Source of the DNA: Diplonema japonicum
Taxonomy: Eukaryota > Protista > Euglenozoa: Diplonemea
Direction: 5' to 3'
Length of the DNA: 64,000 bases
Assembly (NCBI GenBank): GCA_964019335.1
Contig: OZ025727.1
Coordinates: forward strand, 124,001 to 188,000
Both the position numbers and the translations under genes were made by a program. The stretch's first letter is position 1. Each line of letters starts with the position of its first letter. The notes beneath the pieces were generated by a model. That model saw nothing but the letters and a program-made list of their open reading frames with translations. It was not told the origin of the DNA and ran no database searches. Shown here one piece after another: positions 23,029 to 34,003 of this stretch.

Positions 23029-24666
23029 ATGCGTGTGCTCTTGTTGTGTCTCTTGGCGTGTCTCGGGACGGCGGCAGGGAAATGCATGACCACACAATAC
23101 ACAGACTGTTTGTGGATGAGAAACGTGACCAGTACGTGTTCGTCGGTGGAGGTGTACAGTGGTGAGATGCTGTGTGCTTGCGATGCTCATGTGGGGGAAT
23201 GCGCGAGGCAGTATGGGTGTGCTGACGAATGCGTGGCCACGATGGCCTCGAAGGGCTGCGGGGCGGACTGGTGCAACATGGTGAACGTGACGAAGCCCAC
23301 GAAGGTGGTGGCTGTTTACAGGTTCACACAGAAACAGAAATTGTCGAGCAGCGCAGTCCACGACCTGATGAGGACTCTGGCTGGTACGGAGAGCGGGTTT
23401 GACTATACCGTGACGGACCTCAGTGCAGCTAACCCGACACTGCCCCCTGGTGTCTCCCCGAGCCAGATTGAACTCTTGTGTAGTCAAATGAAATACAAAT
23501 TCGACTGCGAGAAAACCTTCGGTTACTGCAAATGGAATGGTGCAGAGTGCGACTCTGCTGGAAAATCTTCAGGACCCGCACCTGTTCCCGTACCAGGACC
23601 CGCCCCTGTTCCCGTGCCGGGACCCGCACCTGTGCCTGTACCAGGGCCCGTCCCGGCACCCATTGACACCAGCGACGTGCGGCCCATTGTGTGCGCGCAC
23701 ATGGGACAGCTTGATAAGTGCTTGGATCTTAAGAAAGAATGCACTACGTCCAAAGATGGAAAGTGCATTGCCAACCCAAATGGTTTTCCAGTTCCTGCGG
23801 CCCTTGTGTGCCCGACCATCACTAATGAGAAGAAGTGCCACGTCGTATTCGGGATATGCCTGTGGAAGAGCGGCAGGTGCGTGGTGAACAGCGGGCCCAT
23901 CCCTGGTGAGCCTGACGTGAGGCCCATGATGTGCTCCCACCCTGAGGCGTGCGTTGAGAAGCAAACAATGAAATTCTGCAAAAAGGTCAACGGGGTGTGT
24001 GCTCCCAATCCCGACGGCACACCTGTGCCCGCACTCATGGTGTGCCCCGTCTTAGAGCGTTATGCGTGCATGGACCCTGATGTCCCATTCTGCGATTGGA
24101 TTGATGGCAGGTGCACGATTTACGGTGGCACGAGTCGTGGTGGTGCTGTGCTGTCTGGCGGTACGAATGCTCGCAATGCTGTTGTCCTCGCTGCTGAGGA
24201 AGCATTCGTGACAAGCCGAGCTGCTGACACGCTTTCGGGTGAAGCGACATGGCAGCTAACTGCTGGGGTCGAGTTCACTCACATGTTCATAAACAAGCCT
24301 CTTGTGGAAGTCTTAAGGCAGCAGATGGACGTGGCAGCCACCTCGAAATACTGGACAAAACATGGGGCGTCTCTCTACAAAGCGGCCGTGGTCGTGAAGG
24401 CTGGTGAAGGCGAGCCCACAAAGAACGGAGGTGGTTCATCAGGTCCAGGAGGAGGAAACGCTGTTGGAATCGCCTTCGGTGTTCTTGCTGGGGTTGCCCT
24501 TGTGGGTGTCGTGGGCTTCTTGGTCATCAAGCACAGGCAGCAGGAGGGCATTGGGATGCAGCTGGATACAGATGACGTCGACTTCACCGAAAACAGTATC
24601 TCTGATGATGACGGTGAAGACGCAGCCGCAGAAAGGGAAGATGTGAGTAAAGTTGCTGATGTTTAG
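23029..24666 (+). CDS. Cys-rich type I surface protein, member 6
   Basis: Signal peptide, five Cys modules, TM and a full acidic tail. Confidence 0.92.
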   Translation: MRVLLLCLLACLGTAAGKCMTTQYTDCLWMRNVTSTCSSVEVYSGEMLCACDAHVGECARQYGCADECVATMASKGCGADWCNMVNVTKPTKVVAVYRFTQKQKLSSSAVHDLMRTLAGTESGFDYTVTDLSAANPTLPPGVSPSQIELLCSQMKYKFDCEKTFGYCKWNGAECDSAGKSSGPAPVPVPGPAPVPVPGPAPVPVPGPVPAPIDTSDVRPIVCAHMGQLDKCLDLKKECTTSKDGKCIANPNGFPVPAALVCPTITNEKKCHVVFGICLWKSGRCVVNSGPIPGEPDVRPMMCSHPEACVEKQTMKFCKKVNGVCAPNPDGTPVPALMVCPVLERYACMDPDVPFCDWIDGRCTIYGGTSRGGAVLSGGTNARNAVVLAAEEAFVTSRAADTLSGEATWQLTAGVEFTHMFINKPLVEVLRQQMDVAATSKYWTKHGASLYKAAVVVKAGEGEPTKNGGGSSGPGGGNAVGIAFGVLAGVALVGVVGFLVIKHRQQEGIGMQLDTDDVDFTENSISDDDGEDAAAEREDVSKVADV

Positions 24667-24719
24667 TATAATGAGGGGAAAAAGAAAACAAAAGAAAAAA
24701 CGAAATGAAATTCACACCT

Positions 24720-24756
<37 letters not shown>

Positions 24757-25533
24757 CTTTTTTTATTTATTTATCTGACCTCCATGTGCCACCCAAGCAT
24801 TTGGCGAGCCAGTTATACCAGCGCGTAAGAAGACTTTGTTAAGAAGAAGAATATGGGGGGGGGAAAAAAAAGACAAAAAAAAAGAGAAGAAGAGAAGAAG
24901 AAAGAGAAGAAGAAAGAGAAGAAGAATATGAGGGGGGAAAAAAAAAAGACAAAAAAAAACCCCCCCTCCCTCCCTTGTTAATGAAGTTGCAATCTCGATT
25001 TGAATTGGGTAGCGCGCTAGCGGCCGGTGCTAGCAACACCCACCAAAGCGAGAAATTAAAAAAGAGAATAATAAAACGCCCCTCCCGGCCGTTATTGGCG
25101 TAAGAGCGCCAATATGATATTTAGTCGATTCTGTTATAAAAGGGTTTTTTCTTTTTCTTTTTTTTTTTTTTTTTTTCTTTCTATCATCCACTCGCCGTCC
25201 CCCCTCCCCCCGTAGTTTGGTTTTTTTAATTTGATGTTCCCTTTTTTTTTTAAACTATTTAAAATTATTCTTTATTCGTGTCCTGACGTTTTTCTTTTAG
25301 GGGGCTTGCGGCCTCGTTGGGCTGCTTGGGAATAGATTACTTGATTTCCCAGACGAGGAATTGAGAGAGATGAATTCCTTTTTCTGTTGCATATTTCTTT
25401 TCCCCCTACTTTTTATTTTATCTTAAAGCTGATATGGCCAGTGCATTGAAAACTGACCTTTTTTTTTTTTGTGTTCTGCTACTTTTTAAAAAAGAAATCG
25501 GTTTTCTCCCCCCCCCCCCCCCCCCTAGCCTAG

Positions 25534-25622
25534 GGCTATGCCGGCAAGAAACGGGGAAATGTTTTTGTATCTGTTTCCTTATTTCTCAAAAAGAAGAAAT
25601 CTTGGAAACGCGTTAGATAGCC
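25534..25622. mobile_element. Possible tiny MITE
   Basis: CTAG|GGCTAT...ATAGCC|CTAG; the TIR is very short. Confidence 0.3.
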
Positions 25623-25633
25623 CTAGGGGGGTC

Positions 25634-25666
<33 letters not shown>

Positions 25667-26187
25667 CATTTCAGTTTTTTCGATAAGGGCATTTTGGGCC
25701 CTTAAAAAAAGACCTAACCACCCCCAAAAGTGCCCACATGCCACCCAAACCCCTGTTTCCCCATGGTTTTTCGGCCTCAGAAGTGCCCAGGATCATGTTC
25801 CAATTCTTGGGGGCCCTCGGTACAAACCCAGTGTAATCCTATGTAACGTTAAAAAAGGGATATCGGGCCCTTTTTTTAGTAATTAGAACTGGAATGTACC
25901 GCACAAAAAAAAGAAAAGTGTTCCCATTCCCAGAAAAAAAGGAAAAACGAAACCAACAACAAACCCTTTTATACCAACCCGAGAGATTTTTTTTTATTCT
26001 CTTCTTTTTTTTTTTTTTTTTTTTCCCTTTTTTTTTTTCCCCTTGTTATTAAAAAAAAAAACCCCCTTTAAAAAACAAAAAACCGCCCCCCCCCCCCCCC
26101 CTACTCATTCTCCACTAGTTTATTTTAAAAAAAAGAAAATTTTAAAGAAAAACAAAACTCATATCAAAACAGGGACAAATACATAAA

Positions 26188-27480
26188 ATGCGCGTTCTAC
26201 TTGCCGCATACCTACTACTGGCTCTTCTTCAAACTGCTAAGGCGCAATGCAACTCAGCGGCCTTCACACAGTGCATTTCAGAGCACACAACAACACCACC
26301 TTACAACAACACATGTGCAACAAGCAGCGGGTTCACAGGCGAAGCATTGTGCGCGTGCCAAGCCCAGTACGGCACCTGCGCGAAGAAACATAACTGTGCA
26401 AGCAGCTGCATCACCGAGATGGCGACAAGTAACTGTGCGGCGACATGGTGCGATGTAACTAATGTGTCGAAGCCCATGAGGTTCAACACGGTCTACAGGT
26501 TCACGAAGGAGATCACCTACATCCAGCTGGAACAATACCTCCTTGCCACCCTGTCACCGATAATCGACTCTGCTTGGATAAGCATTACGTACATCACAGA
26601 TGTAACGGTTTCGACACCCGCTCCGACGGCCCCCACAGGCATCACTCAACAGCAACTCGACGAAGGCTGCCCTACAATACATTTCAAGTCCGACTGTGAG
26701 AAAGACACGCTTGGCTATTGCAAATGGTCCGGCAACGTGTGTGTCCCCAGCGGGAAGAAGGTCCCAACACCGGACACCCCTCCCCCCGGCCCCGTTGTGC
26801 CGCCGTCTGAGGATATCAGGGTTGTTCTTTGCACGCAGCTGGGAAAGGCAGACATGACACAGTGCGGTCTTTCCCCACTCTGCGCAGTTTCAAACAACGA
26901 ATGCATCCCTAACCCTAATGGGGACCCCTTATCTGCGGCGACATTCTGCTCGAGAATAAGTAACGCAGATATGTGCACTAGCGCCATGGGGGCCTGCAAG
27001 TGGAAGGGGTCTAAATGCACAGCAGCTGGGAGCACCAGGCGTACCTCCTCAGTGCTCGCAGGGGGTCCGTGGGAGGCAGAGGTACAGATTGAGATCCAAA
27101 AAACCAATTCCGATGTGTATGTAAACACTGGTTTCCAGCCAGCCTTCGCACTGCAGATGGACACGGCCGTTGCCTCCAGCGACTTGGCACAGTACGGTGC
27201 CACACTGCACAGGAAGACCATGTTTGAAGCTGCTGACAGTACTCCCCCTGAAAGCGGAAGCAGCGGCAGCAGTAGCGGGGCTTCTAGCTCCGACAGTGGC
27301 AGTGGCAGCGGTAGCAGCAGTGGGATGTCGATCGGTGTCATAATTGGAATTATAGCCGGGGCCGTGGTTGGTGTTGCCCTGCTAGGTATTGCAGCTTTTA
27401 TGCTTGTCAAACACAAGCAGTCGGCAATTGTAGGAGCCCCGCCCCCCGAGACCTACATCGATATGGTGGATGAAAAGTGA
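26188..27480 (+). CDS. Cys-rich type I surface protein, member 7 (three Cys modules)
   Basis: Same architecture, with a Ser/Gly stalk, TM and a short tail containing YIDM. Confidence 0.92.
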   Translation: MRVLLAAYLLLALLQTAKAQCNSAAFTQCISEHTTTPPYNNTCATSSGFTGEALCACQAQYGTCAKKHNCASSCITEMATSNCAATWCDVTNVSKPMRFNTVYRFTKEITYIQLEQYLLATLSPIIDSAWISITYITDVTVSTPAPTAPTGITQQQLDEGCPTIHFKSDCEKDTLGYCKWSGNVCVPSGKKVPTPDTPPPGPVVPPSEDIRVVLCTQLGKADMTQCGLSPLCAVSNNECIPNPNGDPLSAATFCSRISNADMCTSAMGACKWKGSKCTAAGSTRRTSSVLAGGPWEAEVQIEIQKTNSDVYVNTGFQPAFALQMDTAVASSDLAQYGATLHRKTMFEAADSTPPESGSSGSSSGASSSDSGSGSGSSSGMSIGVIIGIIAGAVVGVALLGIAAFMLVKHKQSAIVGAPPPETYIDMVDEK

Positions 27481-28281
27481 AGAGGTTTTCTTTTTTTTTT
27501 TTTTTTTTTTTTCCCCCAAAAAAGAGAAAAAAGCTACAAACACGGTAACCCGAATATATTTTCCTGTCGTTCACGGAAACTTGTAAGCTGGCTTGAACGG
27601 CACTTGGTCAAAAAAAAAAAAAAAAAAAAAGAAAATGATGAAAGGCTCCCCAATATAGAAAGGATTACGAGATACATAAGACAGGTGGCCCCAAGAGGGT
27701 AAGGTGGGACGTTGACCTGCCACTTCGTTTCCTCCTGAAAAACTCCTTCCCTGGTCTTCAAGAAAACCCAAACAGAAAATTACCCGGCCTGGCAATTCTC
27801 GGAATCCGAAAAAGAACCCGGGAGTTGGTCGGTCGGGAGAAAGGTTCCTGTGGTGCCTGTCCGAAAAAGAACTGGAAAGGAAAGGAAAAGAATGAAAGTC
27901 TACAAAACAAAAAGCCAGTCAGATTCACGCTGGTATCCTGGCCTCCCACCCTACCTAGTTTTTATTTTCTAGCGAATATTTTTTTCTTCTTTTTTTTTCT
28001 TTTTTTTTTTCTAAAAGTATCCGCCTTTAGTTTATTATAGGTTGGTTTTTCTGAACTCTGTCCCGCTTTAACAATATTGTCGAGACATCAAAAAAAAAAA
28101 CTAGTTGATGGCAGCGTAATTAGTAATTCTACAAAGGTAGAAATATACTGCTCCCATAATATATATCTCAATATCTTTCTGTTGTTCACATTCTATTCCC
28201 CCCCCCCCTCTTCCCATGCCTCACGCTTCATAGTGTTCCAGTAACCAAAAAGAGGGCAAAAGAAAAAGAAGAAAAAAAACC

Positions 28282-29697
28282 ATGGGCGCCAGAGACACAG
28301 AGAAGCAAGGTCTTGTGCAGATAGATGCAGGATCGTACGGCACTCACGAGGAAGACAGAGAGGAGGGGTACGACTCAGATGGGTGCGCATCCAGCAGCAA
28401 ACCGATGCTCGGGGAGGGCGAGAAGCGGAAGGAGATGTTCAAGTCGTACAGCAACGTGGTGTGCACCATGGCAGGGACAGGGATCCTGCAGCTGCCGTAC
28501 ACCTTGAAACAAGGCGGCTGGTCAATGGCCGCACTTCTTACCGGCGTTGCTGTTATGGCCAACTACACAGGTAAGCTTGTTATCTACAACTTGTACCGCC
28601 CTGGTGGCATCAGGCTCAAGGGTTACCCTGAAACCGGTGAAGCCGCATTCGGTGTTAAAGGGAAGTACGCCGTCCATATCTTCCACAAGGGGACCGTGCT
28701 TGGGGTTTCGACACTCTTCCTTATTCTTGCCGCGAAGTTCCTCCACGACTGTTGGAACCAAATGGGCTTCGACCACAACCCCTCTGTCAAGGTGTGGACC
28801 TTGCTGACGACGGTAATGGTGGCACCTCCTACTTTGTTCCTCGCCAATGTGGACGCCCTTTCCTTCACCTCTGCCTTGGGCGGGGCAGTGACCATCGCAG
28901 TCGTTCTCGGTGTCGTCATCCTCGGCCTCACCGACAATGGACACTCCGCAGCAAAAGGTGGGCATAAAATGATTGATGTTTTGAACTTCCCTGTTGCGTT
29001 CAGCACAGTGTGCTTGTCATTCGGGGGACACGCTTGTTTCCCTACCCTGCAGCACACCATGGCACAGATCGGTGTTGGGAAGACAAGGTTTATGAAGGTT
29101 TTGGACTACTCGTTCCTCACGCTGCTTCTGTTTTACATCCCAACGGCTGTTGTGGGGTATGCGGTGTACGGGGATGATGTCGAGAGTCCCATCTTGTCGT
29201 CGCTTCCGTCGGACGGTGTGGCAGGCGGGTGGAACACAGCACTGCAGATGTCGATGACCGTTAATGTGCTGCTGACATTTCCCATCTTGCAGCATGTGAT
29301 GATCCACGAGGCTGAGGAGAAACTTGGGCTGTTGAGGGAGGACGGGAAGTACATGACGTCAGGTGACTTGAAGGGAACGCTGACCCGCTTGGGTGTGCGG
29401 TCTGTCTTGCTGCTGACTGCTGGGATCATCGCTTACTTCGTTCCTTACTTCGCAGACATGATGTCACTGGTAGGGGCGCTCTGTGTCACGATGATGGTGT
29501 TTGTGTTCCCCTGTGTGTTTGCCATCAAGCTCAATGAGGACACCCGGACCCTCCCCCTCTCCACAAATGACTACCTCTGGTTCGCTTGGTTGGGCCTCAT
29601 CATCATTGTCGGCTTCGTTGGGGGCAGCATTGGGGCCGAGCAGGCTATGAAGCAGCTCTATGATGACATCAAGAACGGTTCTGACCCTGATAATTAA
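28282..29697 (+). CDS. Amino acid transporter, AAAP/Aa_trans (AVT1/VIAAT-like), copy 1
   Basis: About 11 hydrophobic segments. Motifs NVV..MAGTGILQLPY.LKQGGW, YPE.GEAAFG, SFGGH..FP, GYAVYG, VPYFADMMSLVGA. Confidence 0.93.
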   Translation: MGARDTEKQGLVQIDAGSYGTHEEDREEGYDSDGCASSSKPMLGEGEKRKEMFKSYSNVVCTMAGTGILQLPYTLKQGGWSMAALLTGVAVMANYTGKLVIYNLYRPGGIRLKGYPETGEAAFGVKGKYAVHIFHKGTVLGVSTLFLILAAKFLHDCWNQMGFDHNPSVKVWTLLTTVMVAPPTLFLANVDALSFTSALGGAVTIAVVLGVVILGLTDNGHSAAKGGHKMIDVLNFPVAFSTVCLSFGGHACFPTLQHTMAQIGVGKTRFMKVLDYSFLTLLLFYIPTAVVGYAVYGDDVESPILSSLPSDGVAGGWNTALQMSMTVNVLLTFPILQHVMIHEAEEKLGLLREDGKYMTSGDLKGTLTRLGVRSVLLLTAGIIAYFVPYFADMMSLVGALCVTMMVFVFPCVFAIKLNEDTRTLPLSTNDYLWFAWLGLIIIVGFVGGSIGAEQAMKQLYDDIKNGSDPDN

Positions 29698-30590
29698 AAG
29701 GGGAAGAGAAAAGAAAAGGGGGGGGGGTAAAAAACAAGGAACGGCCAAAACACACCTTCACCCCCCCCCCCCCCCCCACAATTAACACATGGGCTAATCA
29801 TCAATATCTAAAAGAAAATTTAAACGAAGAGGGAAAAAAAAAAAAAAAGCCGTTTCTAAAATAAAAAAAAAAACGTTTTTTTTTTCTTTTTTTGATACAC
29901 CCCCGGTTTCTTTTATTCTTGAATTGAAACAGTGAGCTCCCCCCCCCCCCCCCCCCCTTGCGCACTGAAAATTATCGAGTTTTGTTCTTAGAAATTAAAA
30001 AAGAAGTTACTTGTTCTTGCAAACATTTAATTTTTTTTTCTTTTCTCTTTCATTTGAATCAAATATTTAACTGCACCAACGAAAAAGCCATCTAATGTGA
30101 TGTACAGTGCACAGCGCTGGAACTTTAAAAAAAAAAAAAAAAAGGGGGGGAGGGGAGGGGGGGGCGAAGGCGAGGATGGTGCAAATCACAATATTTTTCT
30201 ATTTATTAAACTCTCATTTCCTTGTTAAGATCTTTTTTTTTTTTTTTACTCCCCTTTTTTTTTTAGCCCTGCAGCCCTCATACCGAGTTTTGCATGTGGT
30301 GCAGCAATCTCTTTAGTAAGCACACACGGAATCTTTTTCTGTGCGAAACTTTAGATGCTTTTGTGGGAGGTTTCATAGCTCAAGAGTACCCTTTGTTTTT
30401 TTTCTTCCCTCCCGGTGAAAGAAAACACGAGAGTAGAAAAAATTAGTCGCCTGTTACTGAGTACGTTCTTTTCCTCTTTCCCCCTTCCCCTCCCCCCCCT
30501 TCCCTTTCTTTTTTTTCTCGTTCTTCTGGTCTGCCGCTATCGTTTCTCCTGCATGCCCCTCCTCTGTCTTTTTTTTTTTTTCTCTTTTTC

Positions 30591-30644
30591 TTCTTTTTCT
30601 TCTTCTTCTTCTTCTTCTTCTTCTTCTTCTTCTTCTTCTTCTTC
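30591..30644 (+). repeat. (TCT)n microsatellite
   Basis: Direct reading of the sequence. Confidence 0.9.
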
Positions 30645-31017
30645 TTTTTTTTTTTTTTTTTTTTTTTTTTTTGGTCGGAAGAAAAAAAAAAAAAAGAAGA
30701 AAAAAAAAAGAGAAAACGGGGGGAAAAAAAGAAAAAAAGAAAAAAAAAAAAAAAGAAAAGAGAGAGTACAAAACATGGATTCGTTTTGCAGTTCGAGGAA
30801 ACAGCATAAGGCTATGGCCCCCTTCCCCTTTCCCCCTCAGCTACCCCCATCCAAGGGGGCTTGAGAAGAAAAAAAAAAAAGAAGGCTAAATCTCTTCTCT
30901 CCCTCCCACTATTTTTTTCCCTCCCTTATTACATGAGCAAGGTGGGGAAAGCGGGGGGTGGGAGGGGGAGGCGGGGTGGCACAGTCAAAAAAAAAAAAAA
31001 AAAAAAAAAAAAGCTAT

Positions 31018-31146
31018 TTACTGCCAACAAGTAATGACTTTGCCGTTACCTCGAGGTTCCGCATTTTACCGTCGAGGGCCCGCAGGGCCCGAGATGGTAA
31101 AATGCGGAACCGAGAGGTCGGTAAAGCATTACTTGGCGGTAGGTAA
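31018..31146. mobile_element. Fold-back palindrome / MITE
   Basis: Imperfect arms of about 60 bp (AAGTAATG...GGTTCCGCATTTTACC...GGGCCC gca GGGCCC...GGTAAAATGCGGAACC...CATTACTT). Confidence 0.7.
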
Positions 31147-31150
31147 GTGG

Positions 31151-31528
31151 TTTTATTTCACGACACTCTGAAATTACTTCACCACGAGGGGCACAACAGG
31201 GTGACAAGGGGTACAACAAGAGAGGGGTTACAAAGGTTACAATACAAGTTGTTTTCCCTCCTTTTGTTGACTTAGAGCTGCCGCTGTCGCTGGCATTGCC
31301 ACTGTCACCTTGAGCTGAACCTGGGGGGAAATAGCAAACTGAGAGGAAAAAGTAGCCCCACTGGGAACCGAACCGAGGCAAAAATTGGCCTACCGAGGCA
31401 TATTATTTAACGGAAACCCCCTATTACTTCACGGAAAACAGGCCATTATTTCACCGTGAAGTAATGAGATTTAGCGTGAAGTAATGGGCCCCCCAGTGCG
31501 TGAAGTAATTTCTGAAGAGTGAAATAAA
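31151..31528. mobile_element. MITE-like TIR element
   Basis: TTTTATTTCAC...GAAATTACTTCAC is inverted at GTGAAGTAATTTC...GTGAAATAAAA, with subterminal (A)TTACTTCAC/GTGAAGTAAT repeats. Confidence 0.6.
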
Positions 31529-31566
31529 AAAAAAAAAAAATGGAGAGGAGAAAAGCTAGGGGTGAT

Positions 31567-31604
<38 letters not shown>

Positions 31605-32445
31605 TCGTTATTTTCAAAACAGCTTTCGGTTGGAAAAACTTTCGGTACTTTCCAGGCTTATGATCCCCCCCCCCCCCCCCCCCCTTCCGGTCAGGAAAAA
31701 AAAAAGAAGAGAAAAAAAAACATTTTTGAAGGTATCTGTGGCTTGTGTCCTCGAAAAAAATTCTTCTCTTCCGAAACTGAAAGACTATGACGAAGTTTGC
31801 TCTTATTTTATTTTACCCCCCCTATCGCGAAGTGCCTTGGCGCCTCACTATGGAGAAAGGCCGGCAGACGTGGCGCTGCGGATTGAGTTTTTGTGAAAAC
31901 CTATCATAGTGAAAATGTCCCCCCCCCCCTTTTTTTACGTGTTTCTTTCTTTTTCTTCTACTTCTTGATGGGGGGGGCAAAAAAAAAGCAATGAGGAATT
32001 CTCTACCCATCATATGATGAATTTACTTTCATTTTTCTTTCTTTTTCCGTTTCTTCCTTCCCCCGCTGGTTTCGTGCTTCTTCCATTTTTCTTTTCCTTC
32101 TTTTCTTTTTTTTTTTTTTTTTTTTCTTTTTTTTCCGTAATGCCCACCGTCCTTTTTCTTGATCAGGTCCTCCCTTTACTTTAAGAGAGGACACCCTCCC
32201 CCTTTTCCCCCCCCTCGCCTTTCTTCCTACTTCTCTGAAAAAGATTCTTTTTTTTTTTTTATTTTATACAAACTTTGAAAAAAAATAATTGTTGTGTAGA
32301 CAAGTCATGGAGTTTTCATACCAGAAGGGGCAACTTCCTCCACCTTAGCCAAGTCGAAAACGAAATAGAATTTAAAAAAACACAATAAAAATACCCCTCA
32401 AAACAAAACAGGTTTCATTTAAACACAACAATATAAAAGAAAAAA

Positions 32446-33828
32446 ATGCAAGTTCTCCACAACGTGCAAATTGCCAACGAGAGGCAGCTCGATGATGGGT
32501 ACGACTCAGAGGGATGCGCATCCAGCAGCAAACCGATGCTCGGGGAGGGCGAGAAGCGGAAGGAAATGCTCAAATCGTACAGCAACGTGGTGTGCACCAT
32601 GGCAGGGACAGGGATCCTGCAGCTGCCGTACTCTCTGAGCCAAGGCGGCTGGGCCATTGTGCTTCTCATTCTTGTAGCTGCTGTTATGGCCAACTACACT
32701 GCTAAACTGCTTATTTTTCTCTTGTACCGCCCTGGTGGCATCAGGCTCAAGGGTTACCCTGAAATCGGTGAAGCCGCATTCGGTACTGCAGGGAGGAACA
32801 CCGTCCATATCTTCCACAAGGGGACCCTGCTTGGTATGTCGGCTGTCTTCCTTATTCTTGCCGCGAAGTTCCTCCACGACTGTTGGAACCAAATGGGCTT
32901 CGACCACAACCCCTCTGTCAAGGTGTGGACCTTGCTGACGACGGTAATGGTGGCACCTCCTACTTTGTTCCTCGCCAATGTGGACGCCCTTTCCTTCACC
33001 TCTGCCTTGGGCGGGGCAGTGACCATCGCAGTCGTTCTCGGTGTCGTCATCCTCGGCCTCACCGACAATGGACACTCCGCAGCAAAAGGTGGGCATAAAA
33101 TGATTGATGTTTTGAACTTCCCTGTTGCGTTCAGCACAGTGTGCTTGTCATTCGGGGGACACACTTGTCTGCCAACCATCCAGCATTCCATGGCACAGAT
33201 CGGTGTTGGGAAGACAAGGTTTATGAAGGTTTTGGACTACTCGTTCCTCACGCTGCTTCTGTTTTACATCCCAACGGCTGTTGTGGGGTATGCGGTGTAC
33301 GGGGATGATGTCGAGAGTCCCATCTTGTCGTCGCTTCCGTCGGACGGTGTGGCAGGCGGGTGGAACACAGCACTGCAGATGTTCATGACGGCTAATGTGC
33401 TGCTGACATTTCCCATCTTGCAGCATGTGATGATCCACGAGGCTGAGGAGAAACTTGGGCTGTTGAGGGAGGACGGGAAGTACATGACGTCAGGTGACTT
33501 GAAGGGAACGCTGACCCGCTTGGGTGTGCGGTCTGTCTTGCTGCTGACTGCTGGGATCACTGCTTACTTCGTTCCTTACTTCGCAGACATGATGTCACTG
33601 GTAGGGGCGCTCTGTGTCACGATGATGGTGTTTGTCTGTCCTTGTGTGTTTGCCATCAAGCTCAATGAGGACACCCGGACCCTCCCCCTCTCAACAGATG
33701 ACTACCTCTGGTTCGCTTGGTTGGTCCTCATCATCGTTCTTGGTTTCATAGGGGGCAGCATTGGGGCCGAGCAGGCTATGAAGCAGCTCTATGATGACAT
33801 CAAGAACGGTTCTGACCCTGATAATTAA
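32446..33828 (+). CDS. Amino acid transporter, AAAP/Aa_trans, copy 2
   Basis: Close paralogue of 28282-29697. Confidence 0.93.
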   Translation: MQVLHNVQIANERQLDDGYDSEGCASSSKPMLGEGEKRKEMLKSYSNVVCTMAGTGILQLPYSLSQGGWAIVLLILVAAVMANYTAKLLIFLLYRPGGIRLKGYPEIGEAAFGTAGRNTVHIFHKGTLLGMSAVFLILAAKFLHDCWNQMGFDHNPSVKVWTLLTTVMVAPPTLFLANVDALSFTSALGGAVTIAVVLGVVILGLTDNGHSAAKGGHKMIDVLNFPVAFSTVCLSFGGHTCLPTIQHSMAQIGVGKTRFMKVLDYSFLTLLLFYIPTAVVGYAVYGDDVESPILSSLPSDGVAGGWNTALQMFMTANVLLTFPILQHVMIHEAEEKLGLLREDGKYMTSGDLKGTLTRLGVRSVLLLTAGITAYFVPYFADMMSLVGALCVTMMVFVCPCVFAIKLNEDTRTLPLSTDDYLWFAWLVLIIVLGFIGGSIGAEQAMKQLYDDIKNGSDPDN

Positions 33829-33971
33829 AAGGGGAAGAGGTTTTTTTCTTTTTTTTTTTTTTTTTTTTTGTCTCGAGCACCCACAGAATATTTATTATCA
33901 AACTTTTTCTTCTTTTTTTTTTCTCTCAAAGAGCGCAGGCTTTTGCAACTAGTATGTTGGACTGTGTTGTA

Positions 33972-34003
<32 letters not shown>

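Larger units (their letters stand above)
17600..25232 (+). repeat. Near-perfect tandem duplication of about 3.76-3.8 kb (piggyBac stub plus surface gene)
   Basis: The ATGs at 19269 and 23029 are 3760 bp apart. Intergenic sequences match apart from small indels and microsatellite length. Confidence 0.93.
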
